From: Holosporaceae bacterium | GTDB taxonomy: Bacteria > Pseudomonadota > Alphaproteobacteria > UBA3830 | Assembly: GCA_031262635.1 (NCBI GenBank) | Contig: JAISHN010000095.1 | Span: 1 to 44,241 of the forward strand | Direction: 5' to 3' | Length of the DNA: 44,241 nucleotides | Part shown: one piece after another, positions 8,744-17,107 of the stretch | How the letters are laid out: each line of letters starts with the position of its first letter | Position numbering within the stretch: position 1 is the stretch's first letter | Position numbers and translations under genes: made by a program | Notes under the pieces: model-generated | What the model saw: the letters and a program-made list of their open reading frames with translations, nothing else | Databases searched by the model: none | What the model was told of the DNA's origin: nothing

Positions 8744-10651
8744 GTGGCGCGGCTATTTTGTCTTTTATTCTGCTTGAGCGCGGCTTTTCAACTAAGAGCG
8801 GAGACGGATTTGTTTGATAAACTAATATCCAAAGTTTTTAACGCGTTTGATAAAGAAGAGAAGAAAAACGAGCAAGAAGAAAAGCGACGCGAAGATCGCG
8901 AAAGACACAAAAAACACGAAATGTATGAAGACGACGAAAACAACCGCCGCAAAGAACCTCGTCGCGACCATGATAAGGTTGAAGAGCCTCTTATTCCTAG
9001 AAAAGAATTCTTTCCCGAAGGCGCGATTACCGAGGCGTTTATTAGTCCGACCGGAGATAAAGTCGCGTGCGTTACGAAAACAAACAGTCTTAAAGGCGTT
9101 AAAATAATTTCTATCGCCGAAGAAGATTCGTTTCGTCTTATTAACGACGGCGCGCTTATTGAAGAAGCGCGATTCGCAAGCTCAGACGATATCGTCTACG
9201 TTCGTCGCGACCTCGAAAGAGGCGTAGCTCATTTAACAAAGATTGATCTAGAATCAAAAGAACGAAAAAATCTATCTCCGATAAGCGACGCAAAGTCCAT
9301 TGCGATAACGGCTGTCGGAAGGGGCAAAATTATCGCAAGTTCAAGCGACGGCAAGGAGTATTTTTTGCATAAAATCGATTTGTCGACCGGCCGTCGCGAG
9401 CTAATTAAAAGAGACGACGCTCCGCTGATCGCGTTTTTCGACAATAATTTAACGCTAAGATTGTATTATAAAAACGCCTCTCGCCAAGAAGCGGACGTTT
9501 TTGCCGTCGACGGAACAGGAGATGAAAAATTAATAGATCATATAGAATTAGATCGAGAAAAATACCTCTCTGCGACCGAGGATCATTATCATAAGTTAAG
9601 CGTTGGCGAAAACGGACGGGCGACGATAACGTCTTCGGATTTAAAAAGCGGCTCGCGGCGCAAGATAGAGATATCGAATGTTTCAGATTTAAAGGATTGT
9701 CGGATATTTTTGGACGCGGACAAAAAACCGCTTATCGCTACGATCGTTGAAGGCAGAATAGATAACGTCCCTTTAAGCGACGCCGCCAAGCCTTTGGTTA
9801 AGCGTTTGAACGAATTGTTTAAAGATTCCGATTGGTCGCCAATAAACTTGACGAAGGGCGGAAATTTGTGGCTTATAGTCGTTCATAATCCCCGCCGTCC
9901 AGATGAATATTACGTCTTCGACGTTAGAAACGAACGAGCAAAGCGCGTAACGGCAGCATTTTCTTTTTCCGAAGAAAAGACGCGTCCGACGCGTTGCGTG
10001 AAAATCCCAACGAAAAAAGGCTCGTTTATCCGCGGATATTTAACCAAAAACGCCGGTCATTCGGTCAAGTCTCCTTTAGTTTTAATGGCTTCCGCGAAAA
10101 ATGGCGGTTGGAAATTTCATTCCATCGCGCAACTGCTCGCTAACAGAGGATACGCCGTTTTGCGTTTTAATTGTCCAAATTCAAAAGGTTCTTCTCTTAA
10201 AATATCGGACGTATATAACGCGATAGATTGGTGTTTTGAAAATAAAATCGCCGAACCTGGAAAGGTCAACGTTATCGCTGCCGGAGCGGACAGCCCCGCG
10301 GCGTTTGACGCTTTTCTGAAAGATCATGAGAGTTTTGAGAGCTGCGTTTTGCTGCATCCAGTTTTTTCAGAAAAAACCCGCGAACGCGCCGGTATAAAAA
10401 AACCGCTGCTCGTCGCGTCCCTTTCGAGCAATAAAAGCTACCCAAATCTCGCGTCCGCAAGCCCTCGAGCCTCGTTCGTTAGATTTGTAAAAGCGGAAGC
10501 TAACGCATTTGTCGGACTAAATGCATTTGTTGGACTAATAGAAATATTCCTTGCGAAAGTCGAAAAGAATTCGCGTTATGAAAAAATGTCCGAAAAAGAG
10601 ATTGAAGCGTTTGAACCTATATCCGACGGACTAGGTTTGCTGGATCGCTAG
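8744..10651 (+). CDS. S9 (prolyl oligopeptidase/DPP) family-like exported protein with a degenerate catalytic region
   Basis: GTG start 5 nt after GGAGAGG. Signal peptide (LFCLSAAFQLRA) and a highly charged KE/R-rich segment, followed by a beta-propeller-like middle and an alpha/beta-hydrolase-like C-terminus (GYAVLRFNCPNSKGS...VNVIAAGADSPAAF). I could not find a GxSxG nucleophile elbow or a plausible Asp/His. Confidence 0.55.
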   Translation: MARLFCLLFCLSAAFQLRAETDLFDKLISKVFNAFDKEEKKNEQEEKRREDRERHKKHEMYEDDENNRRKEPRRDHDKVEEPLIPRKEFFPEGAITEAFISPTGDKVACVTKTNSLKGVKIISIAEEDSFRLINDGALIEEARFASSDDIVYVRRDLERGVAHLTKIDLESKERKNLSPISDAKSIAITAVGRGKIIASSSDGKEYFLHKIDLSTGRRELIKRDDAPLIAFFDNNLTLRLYYKNASRQEADVFAVDGTGDEKLIDHIELDREKYLSATEDHYHKLSVGENGRATITSSDLKSGSRRKIEISNVSDLKDCRIFLDADKKPLIATIVEGRIDNVPLSDAAKPLVKRLNELFKDSDWSPINLTKGGNLWLIVVHNPRRPDEYYVFDVRNERAKRVTAAFSFSEEKTRPTRCVKIPTKKGSFIRGYLTKNAGHSVKSPLVLMASAKNGGWKFHSIAQLLANRGYAVLRFNCPNSKGSSLKISDVYNAIDWCFENKIAEPGKVNVIAAGADSPAAFDAFLKDHESFESCVLLHPVFSEKTRERAGIKKPLLVASLSSNKSYPNLASASPRASFVRFVKAEANAFVGLNAFVGLIEIFLAKVEKNSRYEKMSEKEIEAFEPISDGLGLLDR

Positions 10652-10698
10652 GATTCTTCTGTGTTCGTTATTTTTTGGGGAGCTAGCCCGAAGTCCAA

Positions 10699-10765
10699 CG
10701 AAGGATCCAAGCGATTTTCAGACTTCTTCGCCGTATGGATCCTTTGCTTTGTTCTGAGATGACGA
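10699..10765. repeat. REP-A palindromic element, partial copy at the left border of the GC-rich island
   Basis: cgaaggatccaagcg...cgtatggatcctttgc...ctgagatgacgag matches the central and right-arm parts of the full copies at 22356 and 29064. Confidence 0.6.
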
Positions 10766-11065
10766 GAGAGAGTCGTCTTTCAGCGATGTTGGACGCGCGC
10801 GACAGCGGATCAAAGTCCGGGAAGCGCTCAATTCGAGGCGGCCGGCAGCGACCAAATCCGCTGCTTCACGCCTATTTCCGAGGGAATCGACGAGCCTATG
10901 AAGATTCTCGAAAACGAAGACAAAGCCGATAAGAGGATCTTCAACATAGGCAACCCAGACAATATGATAAGTGTCAAGGAGCTGGCGTTCAAGCTGTCAG
11001 AGGAAGCGAAGAAGGACCCTACCAGGAGCGAGATGGCTGATAGGGCGCGGACAGGGCGTTTCAAG
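10763..11065 (+). pseudogene. Remnant of an SDR-type NAD-dependent epimerase/dehydratase (ArnA C-terminal domain / UDP-glucuronate decarboxylase-like)
   Basis: The frame of ORF 10898..11236, extended upstream to the in-frame TGA at 10760, reads ...AAGSDQIRCFTPISEGIDEPMKILENEDKADKRIFNIGNPDNMISVKELAFKLSEEAKKDP... This parallels the ArnA segment [23 protein letters not shown]...[23 protein letters not shown] (recalled from memory). Only about 75 residues of a protein over 300 aa remain. There is no Rossmann N-terminus and no proper start. Confidence 0.6.
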
Positions 11066-11099
11066 TTTGTGTCTGCACTGCGTAGTTTGTGTATTGCTA

Positions 11100-12365
11100 T
11101 TATCTTTTCCTACGCGGGCTTTGTAACGGCCTGGCTTCCATCAGCAGAGCCGGCAAGTGAGATCCTTGTAGCGCCAGCCTCATGTCAGGCGACAGGTCGG
11201 GCATGCACGGGCATTGGACCAACCGTTGTGCCGTAGGCGACAGTCTTGGCAGGCGCACCGCCATATCCATAGCTGCTATCGAGTCGCATGATGTGTCTAA
11301 AATCAGGCTCCAGTGATCGACCAGTTTCCCGTCGTGTTCCGCTGTAGTCTCGATCAGTTTTAGGATGTTCCTGGGCAGAGCTTTGGAGTGCAGGTGCACG
11401 AGGCCTTTTAGGTGGTCGCATACGCTGTGCAGGTGCCCGAGGCGAGTAAGGTTGACTCCGGTTCTGTACACTAAGTATTCCTCGATTTCTATTTTCATGC
11501 TTATCAGGCCTTGTATGTAGGTGATCAGATCTTCGTAGGCCGATCTGAGCCAGCGGGCGTCCAGTTCATCCTCATAATTTTCGCTGTAGATAGCGCGAGC
11601 CAGGACTCCGGATTTGGTTTGCAGGGTCGGTAGCAACTTTATGAGCGAAGCGGAGTGTCGGCAGTGTGTGCTTTTCCATAGCGTTTCTTCTAAGGGCCAC
11701 AGTTTTCCGATCAGTCGGGTGAGCTGGGTGCGCGCTGTTTCGTGTGGGAGTGTTGGCAGGCCGATCGGCTGTGGGCCACCGGTAAGTCGCACGACAGCGT
11801 TTTGGTTTTCAGGCTCTGTCTGCACAAGTGTATTTGTGGTCCATGGTGTCGGGGTTTCTGCCCCGTTGTCGGCGGCGTCTGGGTGCGTTGATTCAAGCTG
11901 GTGGTCCGCTCCGGCCATCAGGAGTGTCTCCAGTTTTCTGAATAGTGGTTTAGCTGATTTTGAGGTGGGGCGAGTTCCCAGAAGCTCACATAGATCTTTG
12001 AAGGTTGTCTGGGCCTGTCCGTCTAGTCCCATGTTGTTATCGTACATTCTTATCGCGTTGCCCAATGATTTCCTTTTTTTGAATAAGGCTTCAAGTCCGT
12101 CGATTGATCCGTAGTCGTCGGGCCTTGGCCGCACACTTTGTCCTAGTCGCCAGTATTCAGCGTCAGCTGGTGTTTGAGGTATCCAGGCGTCTAGCGTACG
12201 TTCTGCTAGTCGACAAATGAACTGGCGTAGTACAGGACCGTCTGTGTTCAGGCCGCGGTGGGCGGAGTGGTGTCGTATGGCGGCCGCAGCGTAGTCGTGG
12301 AACGGTAACGCACCTGATAGTGTTAACCAGATAAGAAACGGTACGTGAGTGCTAGTTGTTCGCAT
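11100..12365 (-). CDS. Island gene 4: orphan exported protein (421 aa), no recognisable family
   Basis: AAGGAG sits 8 nt upstream of the ATG at 12365. N-terminal signal-like segment VPFLIWLTLSGALPF...YAAAA. Same strand as the three upstream genes. Contains a repeated L[GV]HLHS motif. Confidence 0.6.
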   Translation of the reverse strand: MRTTSTHVPFLIWLTLSGALPFHDYAAAAIRHHSAHRGLNTDGPVLRQFICRLAERTLDAWIPQTPADAEYWRLGQSVRPRPDDYGSIDGLEALFKKRKSLGNAIRMYDNNMGLDGQAQTTFKDLCELLGTRPTSKSAKPLFRKLETLLMAGADHQLESTHPDAADNGAETPTPWTTNTLVQTEPENQNAVVRLTGGPQPIGLPTLPHETARTQLTRLIGKLWPLEETLWKSTHCRHSASLIKLLPTLQTKSGVLARAIYSENYEDELDARWLRSAYEDLITYIQGLISMKIEIEEYLVYRTGVNLTRLGHLHSVCDHLKGLVHLHSKALPRNILKLIETTAEHDGKLVDHWSLILDTSCDSIAAMDMAVRLPRLSPTAQRLVQCPCMPDLSPDMRLALQGSHLPALLMEARPLQSPRRKR

Positions 12366-12540
12366 GTGGGTAGCTCCTTTTATTTTATGTGCAGTTCCGT
12401 TTTACCCGCATTCTTATTCAGCGCTTTTGATTTTCGCCTAGTCTTATCTCGCGAGTCGACCCGGTTGCGGCCTGCCTCTCTAGGGCATCTTGGTTCCAGG
12501 TCGACGAGCCAGATTTTCTGTGGTAAGAGTTACCTGTAAC

Positions 12541-13206
12541 CTACCAGTGAGTTATGCCGCCCGCACCTCTCACCAGCGTCGCCGTTCCGCTCGGCGCTGT
12601 CGACACGGTCTTTGGTATCGCGTCGAAAGCCGCCACCGCTGCGTCTATGACTGCTTGTTGATCAGGGTCTGTTGCGTCGTGGCGCAGCACTTCAGCTACC
12701 ATCAGTTCGGTGGCGTTCATGAACGTTCGTTGCTCCGTCGTCTTAAGTCCTCTAGGCAAGGAGAAGTAACTGAGCAGCAGCTCTCGGACTTCAGGCCAGC
12801 GGCTCATATCGCCCAGGCGGTGCGTTAGTTGGTAGCCTATGGCGTGTTTGGCTGCTGGAAGAGGGTGTCCCGCCGTCAATCCGGCCTCCGTGTCCTTGAT
12901 TGGTCCACGTTGTGTATTCAGGAATTGGTCTAGTCTCTCCTGAGGCGTCCAGTCGTTGTATTGCACAAGCGAGCCTATTTCGACTATTTTCCTAAACGCG
13001 AAGATAGACGAGACCGTATGTTCCTTAGCACCCTGCTTCGGCCCGGCCGCCCTCACGACGAAACCCGCGGTCGCCCCGCCGTATCGGTCTTTGACCGCGA
13101 GCAGAGCAGCCCTCGTGAGGGCTCCGGCCTGGGCGGTTTCAGCTGTGGAGATGCCCAGCGCAATCAGCGCGGCGTACGCCAGGGTAGTTTTGGATTCTGT
13201 GTTCAT
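12541..13206 (-). CDS. Island gene 3: orphan exported protein (221 aa)
   Basis: GGAAAGGAAA SD sits upstream of the ATG at 13206. Signal peptide MNTESKTTLAYAALIALGISTAETAQA. No family recognised. Confidence 0.6.
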   Translation of the reverse strand: MNTESKTTLAYAALIALGISTAETAQAGALTRAALLAVKDRYGGATAGFVVRAAGPKQGAKEHTVSSIFAFRKIVEIGSLVQYNDWTPQERLDQFLNTQRGPIKDTEAGLTAGHPLPAAKHAIGYQLTHRLGDMSRWPEVRELLLSYFSLPRGLKTTEQRTFMNATELMVAEVLRHDATDPDQQAVIDAAVAAFDAIPKTVSTAPSGTATLVRGAGGITHW

Positions 13207-13259
13207 TTTTTGTTTCCTTTCCGTTATGTTGTTTAGTCGTTACGAACGTTTTATTGCCT

Positions 13260-13733
13260 TCAGTATGTGTCGAAGGTGCCTTGTCCCCTCTTTTGTGGCT
13301 GTCCTTTTCGTCTCTCCGTCGCTCCGGCTCGACTCAGGGCTTCCAGAACTTCCGGGCTGGGCGGTTGGGTTAGCTTGAGCGCCTGCGCGTTCGCTTCGAC
13401 CAGGGCGGCCCGACCTTGTTCGTCTCCTCCGATCGCGCGTTCTTGTCGGAGCGCGTCGTACCTCGCGGCGTACGCTTGCCAGGCCGCTTGCTCTGCCGGC
13501 GGTTTCGCACCGGCGACTGCTTGCAGTCGTGCGTATTCGTTTTCGATGGTCTGCGGGTCCGTTTTGCCCTGCTGGCCCTGGTCTTCTTTGTGTCCCAAGT
13601 CTATTTCCCCTATTCGGAACGGGTTAGTGGACGCGGCTAGCAAAGCTTGCATCTCCGCGGCCGTGACTGTGCCCGCTCCCAGTAGGCTTAGCATTATCGC
13701 GGCCAGTCCACCGCGGCTCGATGAGTTAACCAT
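13260..13733 (-). CDS. Island gene 2: small orphan exported Ala/Gln-rich protein (157 aa from the internal ATG)
   Basis: The ATG at 13733 is preceded by AAAGGAG. Signal peptide MVNSSSRGGLAAIMLSLLGAGTVTAAE. The longer track ORF (to 13871) has no SD and would overlap gene 1. Confidence 0.55.
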   Translation of the reverse strand: MVNSSSRGGLAAIMLSLLGAGTVTAAEMQALLAASTNPFRIGEIDLGHKEDQGQQGKTDPQTIENEYARLQAVAGAKPPAEQAAWQAYAARYDALRQERAIGGDEQGRAALVEANAQALKLTQPPSPEVLEALSRAGATERRKGQPQKRGQGTFDTY

Positions 13734-13794
13734 AGTGTATCTCCTTTCGTCTGTGTTCCGTTTCTTCGTAAGTGCTCGACCCTGCTGTCCGTTT

Positions 13795-14631
13795 CTACAA
13801 GCAGCGCCACAGCGCTGTGGCTGTGACCCGGTAGCCGCCCGTCCGGTGTTTGTAGCTAGAGGTTTCCTCAAGCTGTCCTACGGTAGTTTTCAGGTTCTGT
13901 CGCACGCTGTAGCCGAACGTGTGCACAGCCTTTATGTCGACCGACCAACGTCGCGTTAGGGGTCGCATCCATCCGACTCCCGCTTCTGGGCACGCCAACG
14001 TTCTGCGGCCAGCTTCCGTTGAGTGGTCCCGAGCCTTGAGTTCCGTGCGGGTGAGCAGGAAACCGGCGGCCAGGTAAGGCAGCCCGTACGTGCTACTGTT
14101 GTAGCCGAGGAGACCTAGCGCGTGCAGTTCCACGGGGCTTGTGCTTGCCACTAGTTTCGCGTATGGTCCCACGTCCAGATTTGTCTTGTTTCTCCCTCCG
14201 AGGTCGATAGCCACCGTCAAGCCGGCGGCTATGGAGTTGCCGCTTACTTGCAGCGCCGTCAGAGCGAGTGTTCCTTTGCAAGCCCAGGACGTTTTCTTCG
14301 CTGTGTTGTCGTTAAGCAGTCCGTAGTGTCTACCGTCGGAAGCCACCCATGCGGTTGGTGTAGTCGCTGGTTGCAGGTTTACTCGCGAGCAGCCTAATGT
14401 CAGCCCTTCCGATACGTTGTGGCGAGCCTGGGCAGCTGTTATACCTACACCCAGGTGCAACCCGCTGGGGTCACGGGCAGCCGTACCTTCGCGGTCATTC
14501 ACGCCTTCGTTGTTTTCTGCCGTTGTCGGTTGATCGGTACAGTATGTCGGCGTTGCAGACACGAACAGCGCATTTGCAACAGCAAATAACATAGTGCGAA
14601 CGCATATGTATTTTAAAGCCCTTTTCTTCAT
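13795..14631 (-). CDS. Island gene 1: putative small beta-barrel outer-membrane protein (OMP_b-brl/porin-like), 278 aa
   Basis: The ATG at 14631 is preceded by AAGGAAG. Signal peptide MKKRALKYICVRTMLFAVANALFVSA. Alternating hydrophobic and Gly/aromatic strands run throughout (GLHLGVGITAA, GLTVAIDLGG, HALGLLGYNSSTYGLPYLAAGFLL, WSVDIKAVHTFGYSV, GGYRVTATALW). Confidence 0.55.
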   Translation of the reverse strand: MKKRALKYICVRTMLFAVANALFVSATPTYCTDQPTTAENNEGVNDREGTAARDPSGLHLGVGITAAQARHNVSEGLTLGCSRVNLQPATTPTAWVASDGRHYGLLNDNTAKKTSWACKGTLALTALQVSGNSIAAGLTVAIDLGGRNKTNLDVGPYAKLVASTSPVELHALGLLGYNSSTYGLPYLAAGFLLTRTELKARDHSTEAGRRTLACPEAGVGWMRPLTRRWSVDIKAVHTFGYSVRQNLKTTVGQLEETSSYKHRTGGYRVTATALWRCL

Positions 14632-14830
14632 ATCTTCCTTTCTTACTCCTAAATATAAAATCAAAATTATGAATATACAACTTCACCTTGTAATGCAAGT
14701 CATAATTGCAAATAAAAATCTAAAAACCTGAACTCAAAATATACTATTAAGCGAGTTTTTACATTGAAATTTCAATTATTCTCACTCTTCTTATCTCAAT
14801 AAAATACTTCAATAGGTTACACCACTTTCC
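14632..14830 (-). promoter_or_regulatory. AT-rich putative promoter/leader region of the island operon
   Basis: Composition drops abruptly to a very AT-rich tract directly upstream of island gene 1. The minus strand contains TTACAA-N16-CATAAT and TTGCAT-N15-TATATT candidates. None is verified. Confidence 0.3.
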
Positions 14831-14979
14831 CTACACATTGTTGCTTTTCGATCACGCATTTTACGGTTGCGCCACGTCCCTCTCATCGCCTAACCTCCTC
14901 GTTTCCCTCATCCCGCCTCCGCATTGCAAAAACCGCCGGGCGGCTTATACTGTCGCTCAATATAAATGCGAGTCTGAAT

Positions 14980-16194
14980 ATGCGTCTTCCCTCCGTTATT
15001 AGTTTCGGTTGTCGTTTGAACGCTCGCGAGGCGGAGTTGATACGAGGCTTCGCCGAAGAGTTGGGCGTTGTCGATTATACTCTGATAAACACCTGCGCCG
15101 TTACCGCGGAGGCTGAAAGGAAGCTCCGGCAGACTATTCGTCGTCTGCGCGGCGAAAATCCCGACGTAAAAATCATCCTCACCGGCTGCGCTTCGGAACT
15201 GCGTCCCGATTATTACCTGAAAATGGAGGGAGTCGTCGGGATCATCTCGAACAAAACGAAGCTTTCAAAGTCCGAGTATCTAAAATACGCGACAAACAAA
15301 CCGATCAAACCAGTCGGTAAGTTCGAGAAAATCCGCGGATTTTTGCAGATTCAGAACGGCTGCGATCACAAATGCTCGTACTGCGTCACGCGTCTGACTC
15401 GCGGCCCCAACGTCAGCTTCGACGAAGACGAAATCGCAAGCCAGGCGAGAGAAATGCTCGCGAAAGGATATAAAGAGATCGTCCTGACCGGAATTAATAT
15501 TTCATCTTACGGGCAGAACCTTGCGCCGCCCAAAAATTTGGCCTTTATAATAAGATATCTGCTGAAAAACGTTCCCGAATTGAAGAGATTGGGGCTTTCT
15601 TCGCTCGATCCCGCGGATATCGACGACGAATTGATAAAAATAATCGGTTCCGAAGAGAGATTGCTGCCGCATATACACGAGAGCGTCCAATCTGGCGACA
15701 ATACGATCCTGAAACGCATGATCCGCCGGCATACGCGGGAGCAAGTCATAGAGACGAACGAAAAGATCCTGAGCGCTCGGCCGGACGCGATTCTCGGCGC
15801 GGATATAATCGTCGGATTTCCAACCGAGACCGACGAGATGTTTGAAAATACGAAAAGATTGCTTACGGAAGGGAAATTTTCTCTGCTCCATATATTCCCG
15901 TATTCCAAAAGGCCTGGAACCCCCGCCGCTCTCATGCCGCAGGTCGAAAAGAGCGTCAAATTGAATCGCGCGAAGGAGCTGAAAAAGCTATCCGACGAGA
16001 TTCTGCGGGCTAAATTGTTGGAACAAGTCGGAAAAGACGCGGTCGCTGTCGCCGAGGACGAGGTCAACGCGAGAACGAATTCGTTTTTACGGGTAAAGTC
16101 GTCGCAAAAACTCGAAGCGGGCAGGGAGTATCTATTCCGTTGCGAGTCCGTCGACAAGAACGTTATAATCGGCCGACCGATTAAAAATTATTGA
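14980..16194 (+). CDS. mtaB: tRNA (t6A37) methylthiotransferase MtaB / MiaB-like radical SAM enzyme
   Basis: N-terminal UPF0004 domain (FGCRLNAREAE), radical SAM CDHKCSYC motif, TRAM-like C-terminus, 404 aa. Confidence 0.85.
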   Translation: MRLPSVISFGCRLNAREAELIRGFAEELGVVDYTLINTCAVTAEAERKLRQTIRRLRGENPDVKIILTGCASELRPDYYLKMEGVVGIISNKTKLSKSEYLKYATNKPIKPVGKFEKIRGFLQIQNGCDHKCSYCVTRLTRGPNVSFDEDEIASQAREMLAKGYKEIVLTGINISSYGQNLAPPKNLAFIIRYLLKNVPELKRLGLSSLDPADIDDELIKIIGSEERLLPHIHESVQSGDNTILKRMIRRHTREQVIETNEKILSARPDAILGADIIVGFPTETDEMFENTKRLLTEGKFSLLHIFPYSKRPGTPAALMPQVEKSVKLNRAKELKKLSDEILRAKLLEQVGKDAVAVAEDEVNARTNSFLRVKSSQKLEAGREYLFRCESVDKNVIIGRPIKNY

Positions 16195-16333
16195 CATAAA
16201 CAAGATTTGATCTATCTTTTTATATTTTACAAATAAATCGCTATAAAGAAAAAATTTTTTCTTAAAAAATATATTGTATATTTATGCAATAATGTATATC
16301 TTTATATATAAATAAAAAATAGGAAAAATAAGA

Positions 16334-17107
16334 ATGAAAAATACGCTAAAATTTGTAGTGCTTACTGGAGGAATATTATCAAACGCAGCGTTTGGAACGC
16401 AGCCGGCACTAGTTCCTGTGATGGATTTTCGATATGAGACACAAATAACAAGACTAGAATGCGATTCCTACGATACAACTACGGGTAACGAAAGAACTTC
16501 TATAGTTAAGATTTTATTCGTTCCCGCTCAAGTACAATGTACTCATATCAGTATTGGACATATTACTAGACATATTGACCCTCAAGGTTTCGTAACGGTA
16601 GAACATCCTCTTGGTATCCCTTTAAGAGGACTTCAATGGCTTGATTTCGCTCATTTATATAAAATTGAGTTCTTTTCAGCGAACGGCGGCGCGGCTACTC
16701 TTATTGCTCCGCCCAATTTAACAAAACTGGAATTCTGTGGCGAAGAGAAACGCTTAAATTTGCAAGCTTGTAATGCTCTAGCAACATGCACCGTTGAGGA
16801 CTGCTTAAATGAACGCACCCTCGGCGCATGCCGTTTGCCTGATAATTTGTCTAGACTTCGACATGTCTTTTATAACAAAACTCGTCGACTACCACCTGCC
16901 GACCTCTGCAATGGCTGGCCGGCGCGTTTTCTAGCAAATAGGCCGAGAATTATCACTCATCACCATGCTCCTGCTTCTGGACTAAGGGCCTTGCTTAAAT
17001 CTCGGGAAACTTCTACTACGGCCGCCTTAGAACGCTATGGCAATTTGCTTTTTACAGAATTTGCTACTCCCTGCTGCTTCGCTAGCGTTCCTATGACTCC
17101 TCCTTAA
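16334..17107 (+). CDS. Orphan exported Cys-rich protein with possible cysteine-containing LRR-like repeats
   Basis: AGGA sits upstream of the ATG. Signal peptide MKNTLKFVVLTGGILSNAAFG. The segment LTKLEFCGEEKRLNLQACNALATCTVEDCLNERTLGACRLPDNLSRLRHV is LRR-like. The gene is preceded by an extremely AT-rich 139 bp spacer. Confidence 0.55.
   Translation: MKNTLKFVVLTGGILSNAAFGTQPALVPVMDFRYETQITRLECDSYDTTTGNERTSIVKILFVPAQVQCTHISIGHITRHIDPQGFVTVEHPLGIPLRGLQWLDFAHLYKIEFFSANGGAATLIAPPNLTKLEFCGEEKRLNLQACNALATCTVEDCLNERTLGACRLPDNLSRLRHVFYNKTRRLPPADLCNGWPARFLANRPRIITHHHAPASGLRALLKSRETSTTAALERYGNLLFTEFATPCCFASVPMTPP

Noticed and set aside
10498-10540. 18 bp imperfect tandem duplication (gctaacgcatttgtcggacta / aatgcatttgttggacta) near the 3' end of the S9-like gene.
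   Set aside because: It has only two units and is in frame (ANAFVGL NAFVGL), so it is probably a simple slippage duplication. It is mentioned under the S9-like finding and is not a separate feature.
10898-11236. 112 aa ORF beginning MKILENEDKADKRIFNIGNP, which could be taken for an intact small gene.
   Set aside because: It is only the C-terminal piece of an epimerase/dehydratase-like protein. It lacks the Rossmann domain, and its tail overlaps the 3' end of island gene 4. It is annotated as a pseudogene remnant instead.
13267-13959. 230 aa plus-strand ORF inside the GC-rich island, along with the other plus-strand ORFs there (11614..12114, 12490..12828, 12956..13378).
   Set aside because: They are antisense to the SD-preceded, signal-peptide-bearing minus-strand genes. 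They have no SD and their composition is Arg/Ala/Ser/Cys-rich. GC-rich DNA has few stop codons, so long shadow ORFs are expected.
15507-16157. 216 aa antisense ORF within mtaB. Similar cases are 34774..35418 within ftsH, 41100..41468 within the RND pump, and 18421..18891 opposite the phasin-like gene.
   Set aside because: They are shadow ORFs opposite strongly supported genes, Ser/Phe/Ile-rich, with no start context.
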